A program made the translations under genes and the position numbers. 61,462 bases of DNA from Cyanophora paradoxa CCMP329 (Eukaryota; Plantae; Glaucophyta): positions 1-61,462 of the forward strand of contig QPMI01000287.1 of assembly GCA_004431415.1 (NCBI GenBank). The letters are read 5' to 3'. The notes under the pieces were generated by a model. The model did not search any database. It was given only the letters and a program-made list of their open reading frames with translations, and was not told the DNA's origin. Of this stretch, positions 35,401 through 47,292 are shown piece after piece (positions within the stretch are counted from its first letter, which is position 1; each line of letters opens with the position of its first letter).

Positions 35401-36854
35401 CATTCAGGAAAAATTATTACTCCGTCTCCATTACTATCTACTCGAAGTACTACTTTAACACCTGTGTTTTCAGGAATTTTCACATCTTCAGCAAGAGCAA
35501 CACTTGACTCAGATTTGGTTGTTCCAAGTGACAATGGGACTTGCAATGAGGGGTTCACAAAGGAGTGTACAATCCCTTTGGAATGGGAAATGTCGATCAT
35601 ATTCTTTTCACAATAATCTCTTCCAAGAATCACATCGTGGGAAAGCTTATCCATCACCACCACTGGTTCAACTGTCTGCAAACTTCCTAGTTCTATTCTC
35701 AAATTTGTTGATCCAACAGCAGGGACCATTTCTTTTGTAAAACCTCGAAGCTTGGGTGCAGCTTTTACAACTTCAGGCTGCACTGGCAACTTGTTTAGCA
35801 ATTTTTGTGAGGCCAAAGAAACGTCTGCTCCTGTGTCCAATAAGGCCCAGGTAGGAACCTCCTGTACCTTTACAGGTACTGTCCCTGCCCGGCCCTGCTC
35901 ATGGACAGTTGGCTTTAGTGCTAGAATTTCCTTGGGGGTAAAGACTATTTTGGACGTGGTGTACACAATGCGATCCTTTATATTTTCATCATGCTGCACA
36001 TCATAATCCTGAACTGCTTTATCTTCCTCAACATTTCGAACATTTCGAAAAGGTGGTCCAGACCGATTATTTCCAAAATTTTGTGTACGGGGCGGCCCAC
36101 CCCTTCCAGAGCCACCACGACCAAAACCTCCACGCCCAAAACCGCCGCGTCCAAAACCTCCGCGACTGTATCCTCCATTCCGACGGTCGGGCCAGTAATT
36201 CGGGCCATCTTTGTTATCGTAGCATTCAATCTCCGAATGATTCGGGTTGATCATTTCACAAAAGCGGCACTTAACCGGCTTTTTCTTCATCTGTTCCCGC
36301 TCGAACATCTCTTCAATCCCACGCCGATGCTTTTCGAAATCGGCTAGGGTTTGAATGGCACTGTGGTTGAACACCGTCTCGAAATAATGAAAGTCCTGCT
36401 GGCGCATGAGCTCCCGGATTTCTCGCACATAGTGCTCAACCGGATAAGCAGGCCACGCCTTCGGTGCGAGATAAACTGCATTATCCAGGAACTTTTTGAG
36501 AAGGACTCTGCCATTTATGAATTCCAAACGCAAGGCCCTAAACGAATCACGATAATCAAAATGAGTGCGATCGAAACGGTCCTTCAGCTTTGTGAAAATA
36601 TTATTGAAAAAGTCTGGCGGAACCTGCTGCGGTAGCGGCCCGGCATCTCTAACGAGTTCGTGGGCCGCTTCCGACGTCAAGCACATGAGCGCCGTATATT
36701 TCTGCGTGTTATTTAAAATTCCAAGATCGAAAATGCCCTGCACTTGTGTGTGAAAACTAGAAAATGCATAGTCGGCATTGGTGCCCGAAAACTTTTTCTT
36801 GTCGTCAGTAGTCAAGATTTTGATCATAAGATTAGTTGCGATATCGTCGGCCAT
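32436..36854 (-). CDS. gag-pol: Gag-Pol polyprotein (1472 aa from MADDIATN)
   Basis: CRFC..H..C knuckle, RGG repeats, LLDTGAD, FIDD, ETDAS, HDH..GH..CIKC, DDE, GPY; no chromodomain. Confidence 0.95.
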   Translation of the reverse strand: MADDIATNLMIKILTTDDKKKFSGTNADYAFSSFHTQVQGIFDLGILNNTQKYTALMCLTSEAAHELVRDAGPLPQQVPPDFFNNIFTKLKDRFDRTHFDYRDSFRALRLEFINGRVLLKKFLDNAVYLAPKAWPAYPVEHYVREIRELMRQQDFHYFETVFNHSAIQTLADFEKHRRGIEEMFEREQMKKKPVKCRFCEMINPNHSEIECYDNKDGPNYWPDRRNGGYSRGGFGRGGFGRGGFGRGGSGRGGPPRTQNFGNNRSGPPFRNVRNVEEDKAVQDYDVQHDENIKDRIVYTTSKIVFTPKEILALKPTVHEQGRAGTVPVKVQEVPTWALLDTGADVSLASQKLLNKLPVQPEVVKAAPKLRGFTKEMVPAVGSTNLRIELGSLQTVEPVVVMDKLSHDVILGRDYCEKNMIDISHSKGIVHSFVNPSLQVPLSLGTTKSESSVALAEDVKIPENTGVKVVLRVDSNGDGVIIFPECEIVPGVYGLSTVQQVSNGLTSSVLYNLNDFPVILNKGLTCGEWWPKMDCEIMSLDIGQKEIPGKSFEVSTIAPSFDKEYFEKIKSQIDYGFSGATADQKEKIEALLRNNCDVFVEKFVFDPKACLPGEHSINTGSSLPINSRPMHWSPKDRALFKTTLEDLISRNIAEPSQSPWSAPAFFVTKQGTDEMRLVTDYRKLNAITKKNVYPLPKIQDMLDALQGNQFFSTMDFSSGFWQVKMKDQDKEKTAFKTPFGLFQLKVMAMGLTNAPPTFQSIMEGMLNDYLWIFVLVFIDDLITFSKSFEDHCTHLQKVFNRLRKNHAKLKPSKCHLFKNELKFLGHIVDGTGRSPDPAKLKAIAEFPQPTDISSLRSFLGTCNYYRDNVQNFSQITSDLYELTQKNIEWKWTDHHQQLFEQVKQELLKKTVLHFPDFNKRFILETDASDKGIGGILSQEKDGKIMPVYFYSRKWRKEERNMPASEAECAAVVDCLNTWSHYIKGAPKSILYTDCKALEWLFSLKPEKGKLARWAALIQQYDIDIQYRRGLLNKADGPSRYPVAPDISKSAEDVLDILHLEMIFGDDKFEELFEAQRQDEFCRSLIDILEGNNSHNEKLLRTSQFFGLNKNGILVFKPSNLQHRVVIPKSLQHELISKSHDHPMSGHFGHEKILFDLKRKYFWKPMNEDVKKFVSNCIKCQYRKPLTGRSQAPQQMVEASRPFEVVELDFIGPLPTTNRGNRFICTAICVYTGYGEARATASMSAKAACNMLYEDIICRHGVPKMIYTDQGGAFASGVTKRLCSKFGIKSVLNSGYRPQATGKVERLNQTLKDIIYNYINDEHSDWDKYISSALFAIRSHVNKTMGVSPFFLVYGRDAVFPYDLFLSHESEQPNYLEHMLTRLNDAKQRVDSIFAKRKEEVMAENAKDDWTRFEIDDMVLVRDLGAKGLQPRFTGPYAVLKRTSAVNYLLWDPERPKFPFVTHVDRMRPFVAQS

Positions 36855-36986
36855 GTCGCCTCCACTGGAGATAGATATAATTGGACTCCCTTCGCTTTCA
36901 GACTCCGGTTCTGTGTCTCTTCTTTCTAACCTCCTGCCTCTACGCTGCCACAACGTTGCTGCGGCCACCTTTTGCCGTGCTGAAGA

Positions 36987-36994
36987 TGCTACCA
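36987..36994 (-). promoter_or_regulatory. Primer-binding site TGGTAGCA (initiator-Met-tRNA-like)
   Basis: Starts 3 nt after the 5' LTR on the minus strand; TGG is complementary to the tRNA CCA end. Confidence 0.65.
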
Positions 36995-36997
36995 ATC

Positions 36998-37111
36998 TGT
37001 TGGCAGCGCTAGTTTTTGTCTTCTTATTGTTCACCCGTGCATACAAGAATAGCTCCTTACTACTGGGGGGGGGGGAAACGAGAGAGAGAGCCTGCAGGCA
37101 GGAGCCTGTCA
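36998..37111 (-). repeat. 5' LTR (114 bp)
   Basis: Identical to 32311-32424. Confidence 0.97.
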
Positions 37112-37734
37112 ATACGGAGGGGACTACGAACGCCGCTTGCATGATCTGGCGACCTCGCAGGGGTTAGCAGGACGGAGGCGCTTGAGCAGGAAGTTGCTGC
37201 GCACCAAGCCCCAACAGCATACTGAGGGGTGGTTGAAATATGGGCCCCGGGTTTCAATATGGCGGACAGTGAGGATCTGAGCACCCATGCATGCAGTGTT
37301 CATGATGATCATGATTTGATCATGAGGCTTTGCAAAGACCCCGACCTTATAACTGACTGGAGAGGTGTACCTGGGGTATTTCAAGGGATCTAGATTTGAT
37401 TTTGATAGTGGCAAGCGCTGAAAGCGTGCTTGTACCTCGCCGGGCAATAGTGGGCCCCTATTCACCAGCATGTCATTTGTGCCAGATCGCACAGCAGCAC
37501 AGCCTCGGAACAGTCTGTGAGATTTCGGGGGGCGATGGGGGCAGCCCCGAACCCAACCTCGAAACTAGAGAACTACCACCCCCCCCTATCATGCAAACCT
37601 GCCAGAGTGCTCTGGCGAATCCCAGCGCTCCCTGCCTGCTGTTTTGTGTGGTGGGGACCCCTGTGAGATTTCGGGGGGCGATCAGGGCAGCCCCGAACCC
37701 AACCTCGAAACTTGAAAGCTTACACCCCTCCCTA

Positions 37735-40700
37735 TCTCACAGGGGTCCCCACCCACACCAAACAGCAGGCAGGGAGTGCTGGGATCCGCCAGAGCACTCT
37801 GGCAGGTTTGCATGAAAGGGAGGGGTGTTAGTTTTCGAGTTTCTGCGTTGGGTTCAGGGCTGCCCCCATCGCCCCCCGAAATCTCACAGGGGTCCCCACC
37901 CACACGAAACAGCAGGTGGGGAGTGCTGGGATCCGCCAGAGCACTCTGGCAGGTTTGCATGATAGGGAGGGGTGTTAGTTTTCTAGTTTCGGCGTTGGGT
38001 TCAAGGCTGCCCCCATCGCCCCCCGAAATCTCACAGGGGTCCCCACCCACACGAAACAGCAGGCGGGGAGCGCTGGGATTCGCCAGAGCACTCTGGCGGA
38101 TGCGGGATCTCCCTACCGGCAGTTCCCCATGTTGCTCATCTTCTCTCCCGAAAAAGAAGACTTTGTTCTCCCCGGGTACGCCTCTTTTTAGTTCAAGGGC
38201 GGGGGCGGCGCCGGCTCACGGACGTGCATGCGCAGCTCGGAGCGGCTCATCCATAGCGTTCACGATTGGGCCGCGCAGAAGGGCCTCGAGGCCGTCGTAC
38301 TCCTCAAGAGCGACTACAAGGACATCGAGTGCCACTGCGGCATCAACAACCAGCGCAACACGGGGCCCTGCTACAGGTGCACGCGGCCCAAGGCCGACTG
38401 CTTCAGGCTGTCCGACCCCAGCAAGGTCGACGTGGCCCCAGAGGAGCGCCGCACAACGTCCGACATCGTGCGCCAGCAGGAGATCTACCAAGAGTGCGCC
38501 CCCCCGAAATCTCACAGGGGTCCCCACCCACACGAAACAGCAGGTGGGGAGCGCTGGGATTCGCCAGAGCACTCTGGCAGGTTTGCATGATGGGGAGGGG
38601 TTGTGAGTTTTCTAGTTTCGAGGTTGGGTTCGGGGCTGCCCCGATCGCCCCCTGAAATCTCACAGGGGTCCCCACCCACACCAAACAGCAGGCAGGGAGT
38701 GCTGGGATCCGCCAGAGCACTCTGGCAGGTTTGCATGAAAGGGAGGGGTGTTAGTTTTCGAGTTTCTGCGTTGGGTTCAGGGCTGCCCCCATCGCCCCCG
38801 AAATCTCACAGGGGTCCCCACCCACACGAAACAGCAGGTGGGGAGTGCTGGGATCCGCCAGAGCACTCTGGCAGGTTTGCATGATAGGGAGGGGTGTTAG
38901 TTTTCTAGTTTCGGCGTTGGGTTCAAGGCTGCCCCCATCGCCCCCCGAAATCTCACAGGGGTCCCACCCACACGAAACAGCAGGCGGGGAGCGCTGGATT
39001 CGCCAGAGCACTCTGGCGGATGCGGGATCTCCCTACCGGCAGTTCCCCATGTTGCTCATCTTCTCTCCCGAAAAAGAAGACTTTGTTCTCCCCGGGTACG
39101 CCTCTTTTTAGTTCAAGGGCGGGGGCGGCGCCGGCTCACGGACGTGCATGCGCAGCTCGGAGCGGCTCATCCATAGCGTTCACGATTGGGCCGCGCAGAA
39201 GGGCCTCGAGGCCGTCGTACTCCTCAAGAGCGACTACAAGGACATCGAGTGCCACTGCGGCATCAACAACCAGCGCAACACGGGGCCCTGCTACAGGTGC
39301 ACGCGGCCCAAGGCCGACTGCTTCAGGCTGTCCGACCCAGCAAGGTCGACGTGGCCCCAGAGGAGCGCCGCACAACGTCCGACATCGTGCGCCAGCAGGA
39401 GATCTACCAAGAGTGCGCCCCCCGAAATCTCACAGGGGTCCCCACCCACACGAAACAGCAGGCGGGGAGCGCTGGGATTCGCCAGAGCACTCTGGCAGGT
39501 TTGCATGATGGGGAGGGTTGTGAGTTTTCTAGTTTCGAGGTTGGGTTCGGGGCTGCCCCGATCGCCCCCTGAAATCTCACAGGGGTCCCCACCCACACCA
39601 AACAGCAGGCAGGGAGTGCTGGGATCCGCCAGAGCACTCTGGCAGGTTTGCATGAAAGGGAGGGGTGTTAGTTTTCGAGTTTCTGCGTTGGGTTCAGGGC
39701 TGCCCCCATCGCCCCCCGAAATCTCACAGGGGTCCCCACCCACACGAAACAGCAGGTGGGGAGTGCTGGGATCCGCCAGAGCACTCTGGCAGGTTTGCAT
39801 GATAGGGAGGGGTGTTAGTTTTCTAGTTTCGGCGTTGGGTTCAAGGCTGCCCCATCGCCCCCCGAAATCTCACAGGGGTCCCCACCCACACGAAACAGCA
39901 GGCGGGGAGCGCTGGGATTCGCCAGAGCACTCTGGCGGATGCGGGATCTCCCTACCGGCAGTTCCCCATGTTGCTCATCTTCTCTCCCGAAAAAGAAGAC
40001 TTTGTTCTCCCCGGGTACGCCTCTTTTTAGTTCAAGGGCGGGGGCGGCGCCGGCTCACGGACGTGCATGCGCAGCTCGGAGCGGCTCATCCATAGCGTTC
40101 ACGATTGGGCCGCGCAGAAGGGCCTCGAGGCCGTCGTACTCCTCAAGAGCGACTACAAGGACATCGAGTGCCACTGCGGCATCAACAACCAGCGCAACAC
40201 GGGGCCCTGCTACAGGTGCACGCGGCCCAAGGCCGACTGCTTCAGGCTGTCCGACCCCAGCAAGGTCGACGTGGCCCCAGAGGAGCGCCGCACAACGTCC
40301 GACATCGTGCGCCAGCAGGAGATCTACCAAGAGTGCGCCCCCCCGAAATCTCACAGGGGTCCCCACCCACACGAAACAGCAGGTGGGGAGCGCTGGGATT
40401 CGCCAGAGCACTCTGGCAGGTTTGCATGATGGGGAGGGGTTGTGAGTTTTCTAGTTTCGAGGTTGGGTTCGGGGCTGCCCCGATCGCCCCCTGAAATCTC
40501 ACAGGGGTCCCCACCCACACCAAACAGCAGGCAGGGAGTGCTGGGATCCGCCAGAGCACTCTGGCAGGTTTGCATGAAAGGGAGGGGTGTTAGTTTTCGA
40601 GTTTCTGCGTTGGGTTCAGGGCTGCCCCCATCGCCCCCCGAAATCTCACAGGGGTCCCCACCCACACGAAACAGCAGGTGGGGAGTGCTGGGATCCGCCA

Positions 40701-40871
40701 GAGCACTCTGGCAGGTTTGCATGATAGGGAGGGGTGTTAGTTTTCTAGTTTCGGCGTTGGGTTCAAGGCTGCCCCCATCGCCCCCCGAAATCTCACAGGG
40801 GTCCCCACCCACACGAAACAGCAGGCGGGGAGCGCTGGGATTCGCCAGAGCACCCTGGCAGGTTTGCATGA
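37735..40871 (-). repeat. ~920-bp composite unit x3 (inverted satellite monomers plus ~400-bp insert Z at 38098-38496, 39018-39415, 39937-40335)
   Basis: Three near-identical copies of GGATGCGGGATCTCCC...CTACCAAGAGTG with the same diagnostic monomer variants. Confidence 0.95.
38098..38496 (+). pseudogene. Putative DDE transposase fragment (Transib/Chapaev/RAG1-like core), insert Z
   Basis: KSDYK......G........PCYRC...K...RT pattern resembles the second catalytic D plus CxxC region. Confidence 0.45.
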
Positions 40872-41276
40872 GCGCTGCCAACGCCTTCCGGAGCGCCGAT
40901 GCCCCCTCCATGTTCAGATCGGCTCGTTGCGGGGTCTTTCCCTTCGCCTTGGCGGCTTCAACTGGCGGCGTTCCGATCCGTGAGCGGAAAAAGCGGGCAG
41001 ACGGGCGGGCTCACTGGCACGGAGGAGATGAATGTGCTCGTCGCGCGTCTTCGTCAGGCACACCGCAAGGTGCTTGAGCCTGCGCCGAGATAGAGTGAGT
41101 CAGGGACGGCCGATCTTGGCGCCGCGGGCGCACCGCCGCAGGTCGCGGCTGATCATTTTACGGGCATGGGTGTCGTCGGTCAACTGCTTGACCTCGACTT
41201 TCGTCGAGCCGTCGGCGATGTTGAGGCTGTCCCGGCCGTGGAAACACAACGGGCCCGCAAGGTAGCTGAGGCCTCT

Positions 41277-44200
41277 GGGGGCAGCCCCGAACCCAACCTC
41301 GAAACTAGGAAACTAACAAACCTCCCTATCATGCAAACCTGCCAGAGTGCTCTGGCGAATCCCAGCGCTTCCTTCCTGGTGTTTCCTGTGGGTGAGGACC
41401 CCTGTGAGATTTCGGGGGGCGATGGGGGCAGCCCCGAACCCACCCTCGAAACTAGAAAACTAACACCCCTCCCTATCCTGCAAACCTGCCAGAGTGCTCT
41501 GGCGAATCCCAGCGCTCCATTCCTGGTGTTTCCTGTGGGTGGGGACCCCTGTGAGAATTCAGGGGGCGATCGGGGCAGCCCCGAACCCAACCTCGAAACT
41601 AGAAAACTAGCACCCCTCCCCATCATGCAAACCTGCCAGAGTGCCCTGGCGAATCCCAGCGCCCCCTTCCTGCTGTTTCATGTTGGTGGGCAATGGGGGC
41701 AGCCCTGAACCCAACCTCGAAACTAGAAACCTAACACCCCTCCCTATCATGCAAAACTGCCAGAGTGCTCTGGCCAATCCCAGCGGGATCGGGGCCGCCC
41801 TGAACCCAACCTCGAAACTAGAAAACTAACACCCCTCCCTATCATGCAAACCTGCCAGAGTGCTCTGGCGAATCCCAGCGCTCCCTTCCTGCTGTTTCCT
41901 GTGGGTGGGGACCCCTGTGAGATTTCGGGGGGCGATCGGGGCAGCCCCGAACCCAACCTCGAAACTGGAAAACTAACACCCCCCCCTATCATGCAAACCT
42001 GCCTGAGTGCTCTGGTGAATCCCAGCGCTCCCTTCCTGCTGTTTCGTGTGGGTGGGGACCCGATTTCGGGGGGCGATGGGGGCAGCCCCGAACCCAACCT
42101 TGAAACTAGAAAACTAACACCCCTCCCTATCATGCAAACCTGCCAGAGTGCTCTGGTGAATCCCAGCGCTCCCTGCCTGCTGTTTAATGTGGGTGGGGAC
42201 CCCTGTGAGATTTCGGGGGGCGATGATGGCAGCCCCGAACCCAACCTTGAAACTAGAAAACTAACACCCCGCCCTATCATGCAAACCTGCCAGAGTGCTC
42301 TGGCAAATCCCAGCGCTTCCTTCCTGGTGTTTCCTGTGGGTGGGGACCCCTGTGAGATTTGGGGGGGCGATGGGGGCAGCGCCGAACCCAACCTCGAAAC
42401 TAGAAAACTAGCACCCCTCCCTATCATGCAAACCTGCCAGAGTGCTCTGGCGAATCCCAGCGCCCCCTTCCTGCTGTTTCATGTTGGTGGGCAATGGGGG
42501 CAGCCCTGAACCCAACCTCGAAACTAGAAACCTAACACCCCTCCCTATCATGCAAACCTGCCAGAGTGCTCTGGCCAATCCCAGCGGGATCGGGGCCGCC
42601 CTGAACCCAACCTCAAAACTAGAAAACTAACACCCCTCCCTATCATGCAAACCTGCCAGAGTGCTCTGGCGAATCCCAGCGCTCCCTTCCTGCTGTTTCC
42701 TGTGGGTGGGGACCCCTGTGAGATTTCGGGGGGCAATCGGGGCAGCCCCGAACCCAACCTCGAAACTGGAAAACTAACACCCCCCCCTATCATGCAAACC
42801 TGCCAGAGTGCTCTGGTGAATCCCAGCGCTCCCTTCCTGCTGTTTCGTATGGGTGGGGACCCGATTTCGGGGAGCGATGGGGGCAGCCCCAAACCCAACC
42901 TTGAAACTAGAAAACTAGCACCCCTCCCTATCATGCAAAGCTGCCAGAGTGCTCTGGTGAATCCCAGCGCTCCCTGCCTGCTGTTTAATGTGGGTGGGGA
43001 CCCCTGTGAGATTTCGGGGGGCGATGATGGCAGCCCCGAACCCAACCTTGAAACTACAAAACTAACACCCCGCCCTATCATGCAAACCTGCCAGAGTGCT
43101 CTGGCGAATCCCAGCGCTTCCTTCCTGGTGTTTCCTGTGGGTGGGGACCCCTGTGAGAATTCAGGGGGCGATCGGGGCAGCCCCGAACCCAACCTCGAAA
43201 CTAGAAAACTAGCACCCCTCCCTATCATGCAAACCTGCCAGAGTGCTCTGGCGAATCCCAGCGCTCCCTTCCTGCTGTTTCGTGTGGGTGGCAGGTTTGC
43301 ATGATAGGGAGGTGTGTAAGCTTTCAAGTTTCGAGGTTGGGTTCGGGGCAGCCCTGATCGCCCTTGAAATCTAACGGGGGTCCCCACCCACACGAAACAG
43401 CAGGCAGGGAGTGCTGGGATTCGCCAGAGCACCCTGGCAGGTTTGCATGAGCGCTGCCACCGCCTTCCGGAGCGCGGATGCCCCCTCCATGTTCAGATCG
43501 GCTCGTTGCGGGGTCTTTCCCTTCGCCTTGGCGGCTTCAACTTGCGGCGTTCCGATCCGTGAGCAGAAAAAGCGGGCAGACGGGCGGGCTCACTGGCACG
43601 GAGGAGATGAATGTGCTCGTCGCGCGTCTTCGTCAGGCACACCGCAAGGTGCTTGAGCCTGCGCCGAGATAGAGTGAGTCAGGGACGGCCGATCTCGGCG
43701 CCGCGGGCGCACCGCCGCAGGTCGCGGCTGATCATTTTACGGGCATGGGTGTCGTCGGTCAACTGCTTGACCTCGACTGTCGTCGAGCCGTCGGCGATGT
43801 TGAGGCTGTCCCGGCCGTGGAGACACAACGGGCCCGCAAGGTAGCTGAGGCCGCATACCTTCGAGGCGAGCTTGCCGAAGAAGGCGACGAGGTCCGTAGA
43901 TTCCGCAAAACCTGGGACAAGCCTGGCCATTGCCGTGAGCGTGTCGGTGCACCTTGCGGCCGTGAGCATGGCAAGGTTCCAGAGGTCGTGCCCACCGTGA
44001 AGGAACCCGTGCAGCAAGTCGTAGAGGATCCGGTCGACTTTCTTCAGGGCCTGGAAGGGAAAATTCTGCGCCGGGGGCTCGATCGGGGAGGGGAGAGATG
44101 GGAGGGGGGTACGCACTGCAATGTGAAGGGGGGCGCGGATGCCGTGGGACTTCTCGATGGCGTTCTCGTCCAGCTTATCGTGGATGCGCGAGTACGTCTG

Positions 44201-45734
44201 CTGCTCCTCGGGCCGAAGCTTCTGCGTGCCGCCCTTGATGAACGTGGGCTGGCTCTTGTTGTTCTTGTTTCTGAAGTGGACCTGCGCCCGCCCCCTGCAT
44301 CAGCGGCCGCGCAGCTCAGGGGCGAAGGTCCTGACCTCAGGCTCGACGGCGTAGTCCTGTGGATTCTGGATGACGATCTTGTTGCAGCCCGTGCCTTTGG
44401 TGATCGGAACTGATGGATTTCGCATCTCTCTGATCGATTCGTGAGTTGGGGTGGCGGGGTACAGACGAGGCGGTGGGGACCCCTGTGAGATTTCGGGGGG
44501 CGATCGGAGCAGCCGCAAACCCAACCTCGAAACTAAAAAACTAACATCCTCCCTATCATGCAAACCTGCCAGAGTGCTCTGCGAATCCCAGCGCTCCCTT
44601 CCTGCTGTTTCGTGTGGGTGGGGACCCCTGTGAGATTTCGGGGGGCAATCAGTGCAGCCCCGAACCCAACTTCGAAACTAGAAAACTAACACCCCTCCCA
44701 ATCATGCAAACCTGCCAGAGTGCTCTGGCGAATCCCAGCGCTCCCTGCCTGCTGTTTCGTGTGGGTGGGGACCCCTGTGAGATTTGGGGGGGCGATGGGG
44801 GCAGCCCCAAACCCAACCTGGAAACTAGAAAACTTACACCCCTCCCTATCATGCAAACCTGCCAGAGTGGTCTGGCGAATCCCAGCGCTCCCTTTGTGCT
44901 GTTTAGTGTGGGTGGGGACCCCTGTGAGATTTGGGGGGGCGATGGGGGCAGCCCCAAACCCAACCTCGAAACTAGAAAACTAACACCCCTCCCTATCATG
45001 CAAACCAGCCAGAGTGCTCTGGCGAATCCCAGCGCTCCCTGCCTGCTGTTTCGTGTGGGTGGGGACACCTGTGAGATTTCGGGGGGCGATGAGGGCAGCC
45101 CCGAACCCAACCTCGAAACAAGAAAACTAACACCCCTCCCTATCATGCAAACCTGCCAGAGTGCTCTGGCGAATCCCAGCGCTTCCTTCCTGGTGTTTCC
45201 TGTGGGTGGGGACCCCTGTGAGAATTCAGGGGGCGATCGGGGCAGCCCCGAACCCAACCTCGAAACTAGAAAACTAGCACCCCTCCCTATCATGCAAACC
45301 CGCCAGAGTGCTCTGGCGAATCCCAGCGCCCCCTTCCTGCTGTTTCATGTTGGTGGGCGATGGGGGCAGCCCTGAACCCAACCTCGAAACTAGAAACCTA
45401 ACACCCCTCCCTATCATGCGAACCTGCCAGAGTGCTCTGGCCAATCCCAGCGGGATCGGGGCCGCCCTGAACCCAACCTCGAAACTAGAAAACTAACACC
45501 CCTCCCTATCATGCAAACCTGCCAGAGTGCTCTGGCGAATCCCAGCGCTCCCTTCCTGCTGTGTTGTGTGGGTGGCAGGTTTGCATGATAGGGAGGTGTG
45601 TAAGCTTTCAAGTTTCGAGGTTGGGTTCGGGGCAGCCCTGATCGCCCTTGAAATCTAACGGGGGTCCCCACCCACACGAAACAGCAGGCAGGGAGCGCTG
45701 GGATTCGCCAGAGCACCCTGGCAGGTTCGCATGA
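41277..45734. repeat. Satellite with an 801-bp higher-order repeat and a ~2283-bp composite duplication
   Basis: ORF offsets 41844/42645 and 41641/42442 (801 bp) and 43679/45963 (2284 bp); inversions at ~43290 and ~45573. Confidence 0.9.
43451..44471 (-). pseudogene. Putative DDE transposase fragment, insert W (other copies 40872-41276 and 45735-46744)
   Basis: ILYDLLHGFL (DxxH motif at 44009-44020); GC3-rich frame with stops; three copies share the same left junction. Confidence 0.4.
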
Positions 45735-46828
45735 GCGCTGCCAACGCCTTCCGGAGCGCCGATGCCCCCTCCATGTTCAGATCGGCTCGTTGCGGGGTCT
45801 TTCCCTTCGCCTTGGCGGCTTCAACTGGCAGCGTTCCGATCGGTGAGCGGAAAAAGCGGGCAGACGGGCGGGCTCACTGGCACGGAGGAGACGAATGTGC
45901 TCGTTGCGCGTCTTCGTCAGGCACACCGCAAGGTGCTTGAGCCTGCGCCGAGATAGAGTGAGTCAGGGACGGCCGATCTCGGCGCCGCGGGCGCACCGCC
46001 GCAGGTCGCGGCTGATCATTTTACGGGCATGGGTGTCGTCGGTCAACTGCTTGACCTCGACTGTCGTCGAGCCGTCGGCGATGTTGAGGCTGTCCCGGCC
46101 GTGGAAACACAACGGGCCCGCAAGGTAGCTGAGGCCGCATACCTTCGAGGCGAGCTTGCCGAAGAAGGCGACGAGGTCCGTAGATTCCGCAAAACCTGGG
46201 ACAAGCCTGGCCATTGCCGTGAGCGTGTCGGTGCACCTTGCGGCCGTGAGCATTGCAAGGTTCCAGAGGTCGTGCCCACCGTGAAGGAACCCGTGCAGCA
46301 AGTCGTAGAGGATCCGGTCGACTTTCTTCAGGGCCTGGAAGGGAAAATTCTGCGCCGGGGGCTCGATCGGGGAGGGGAGAGATGGGAGGGGGGTACGCAC
46401 TGCAATGTGAAGCGGGGCGCGGATGCCGTGGGACTTCTCGATGGCGTTCTCGTCCAGCTTATCGTGGATGCGTGAGTACGTCTGCTGCTCCTCGGGCCGA
46501 AGCTTCTGCGTGCCGCCCTTGATGAACGTGGGCTGGCTCTTGTTGTTCTTGTTTCTGAAGTGGACCTGCGCCCGCCCCCTGCATCAGCGGCCGCGCAGCT
46601 CAGGGGCGAAGGTCCTGACCTCAGGCTCGACGGCGTAGTCCTGCGGATTCTGGATGACGATCTTGTTGCAGCCCGTGCCTTTGGTGATCGGAACTGATGG
46701 ATTTCGCATCTCTCTGCTGGGATGTGTTGAACAACAAGAGCCAGCCCCGAAATCTCACAGGGGTCCCCACCCACAGGCAGCGGCTGATAAAGGAACTGCG
46801 GACTCCGGTTGCAGACAGGTAGAGGATA

Positions 46829-47292
46829 TGAATCAGGCAAAGTCTCAGATTGCTGGTGGAACCCCTGATGCGAACAGTGACAAGGTGATTAAAGCACAAG
46901 TCACTGCGACACAACACAAGACCCAGGATGTTCCCAAGGTCGCTGAATCGGATCTCAAGAAGCGAGGTCCCTATCAAAAACACACAGTTCCTTCGGAGGT
47001 TCTTATGAATTTTGAGGAAAAAGTACGAAACCTTGAAATGAAAGTTTCAAACTATGAAAAGTGGGTTCAAAACTACGAGGAACGAAAATCTATGAAAAAC
47101 TTGGTTAAAAAGGAAATTTCAAAACTCGGATTGAAATCGAAGGTCGATGTTGAAGAAATTAAAAAGGAGGATAAGACCGATGCGCAGTCCGCAACTCGCC
47201 AGCAAAATGTGGCCCCCCAATACACACACATCGTTCCAGCGGCTCCGCCAAATTACACATCGATGCTTGGTGGAAAGCGACTCGCCCACTAA
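46829..47292 (+). CDS. Hypothetical coiled-coil Lys/Glu-rich protein (virus-like block 2), possibly 5'-truncated
   Basis: Open frame; its stop overlaps the stop of the convergent ORF at 47289. Confidence 0.5.

Larger units (their letters stand above)
32311..37111 (-). mobile_element. Intact Ty3/Gypsy LTR retrotransposon (4.8 kb)
   Basis: Identical 114-bp TG..CA LTRs, TSD ATAC (32307-32310 and 37112-37115), empty site CGAATACGGA at 29711, PBS, PPT, one uninterrupted gag-pol frame. Confidence 0.98.

Noticed and set aside
36855-37142. N-terminal 96 aa of the 1568-aa ORF as part of Gag
   Set aside because: It derives from flanking insert Y, the LTR and the leader; the likely start is the ATG at 36854
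37735-46775. True CRISPR array
   Set aside because: No cas genes, eukaryotic context, multi-monomer repeats, and inserts of 140-2700 bp that are themselves duplicated; the resemblance is only an analogy
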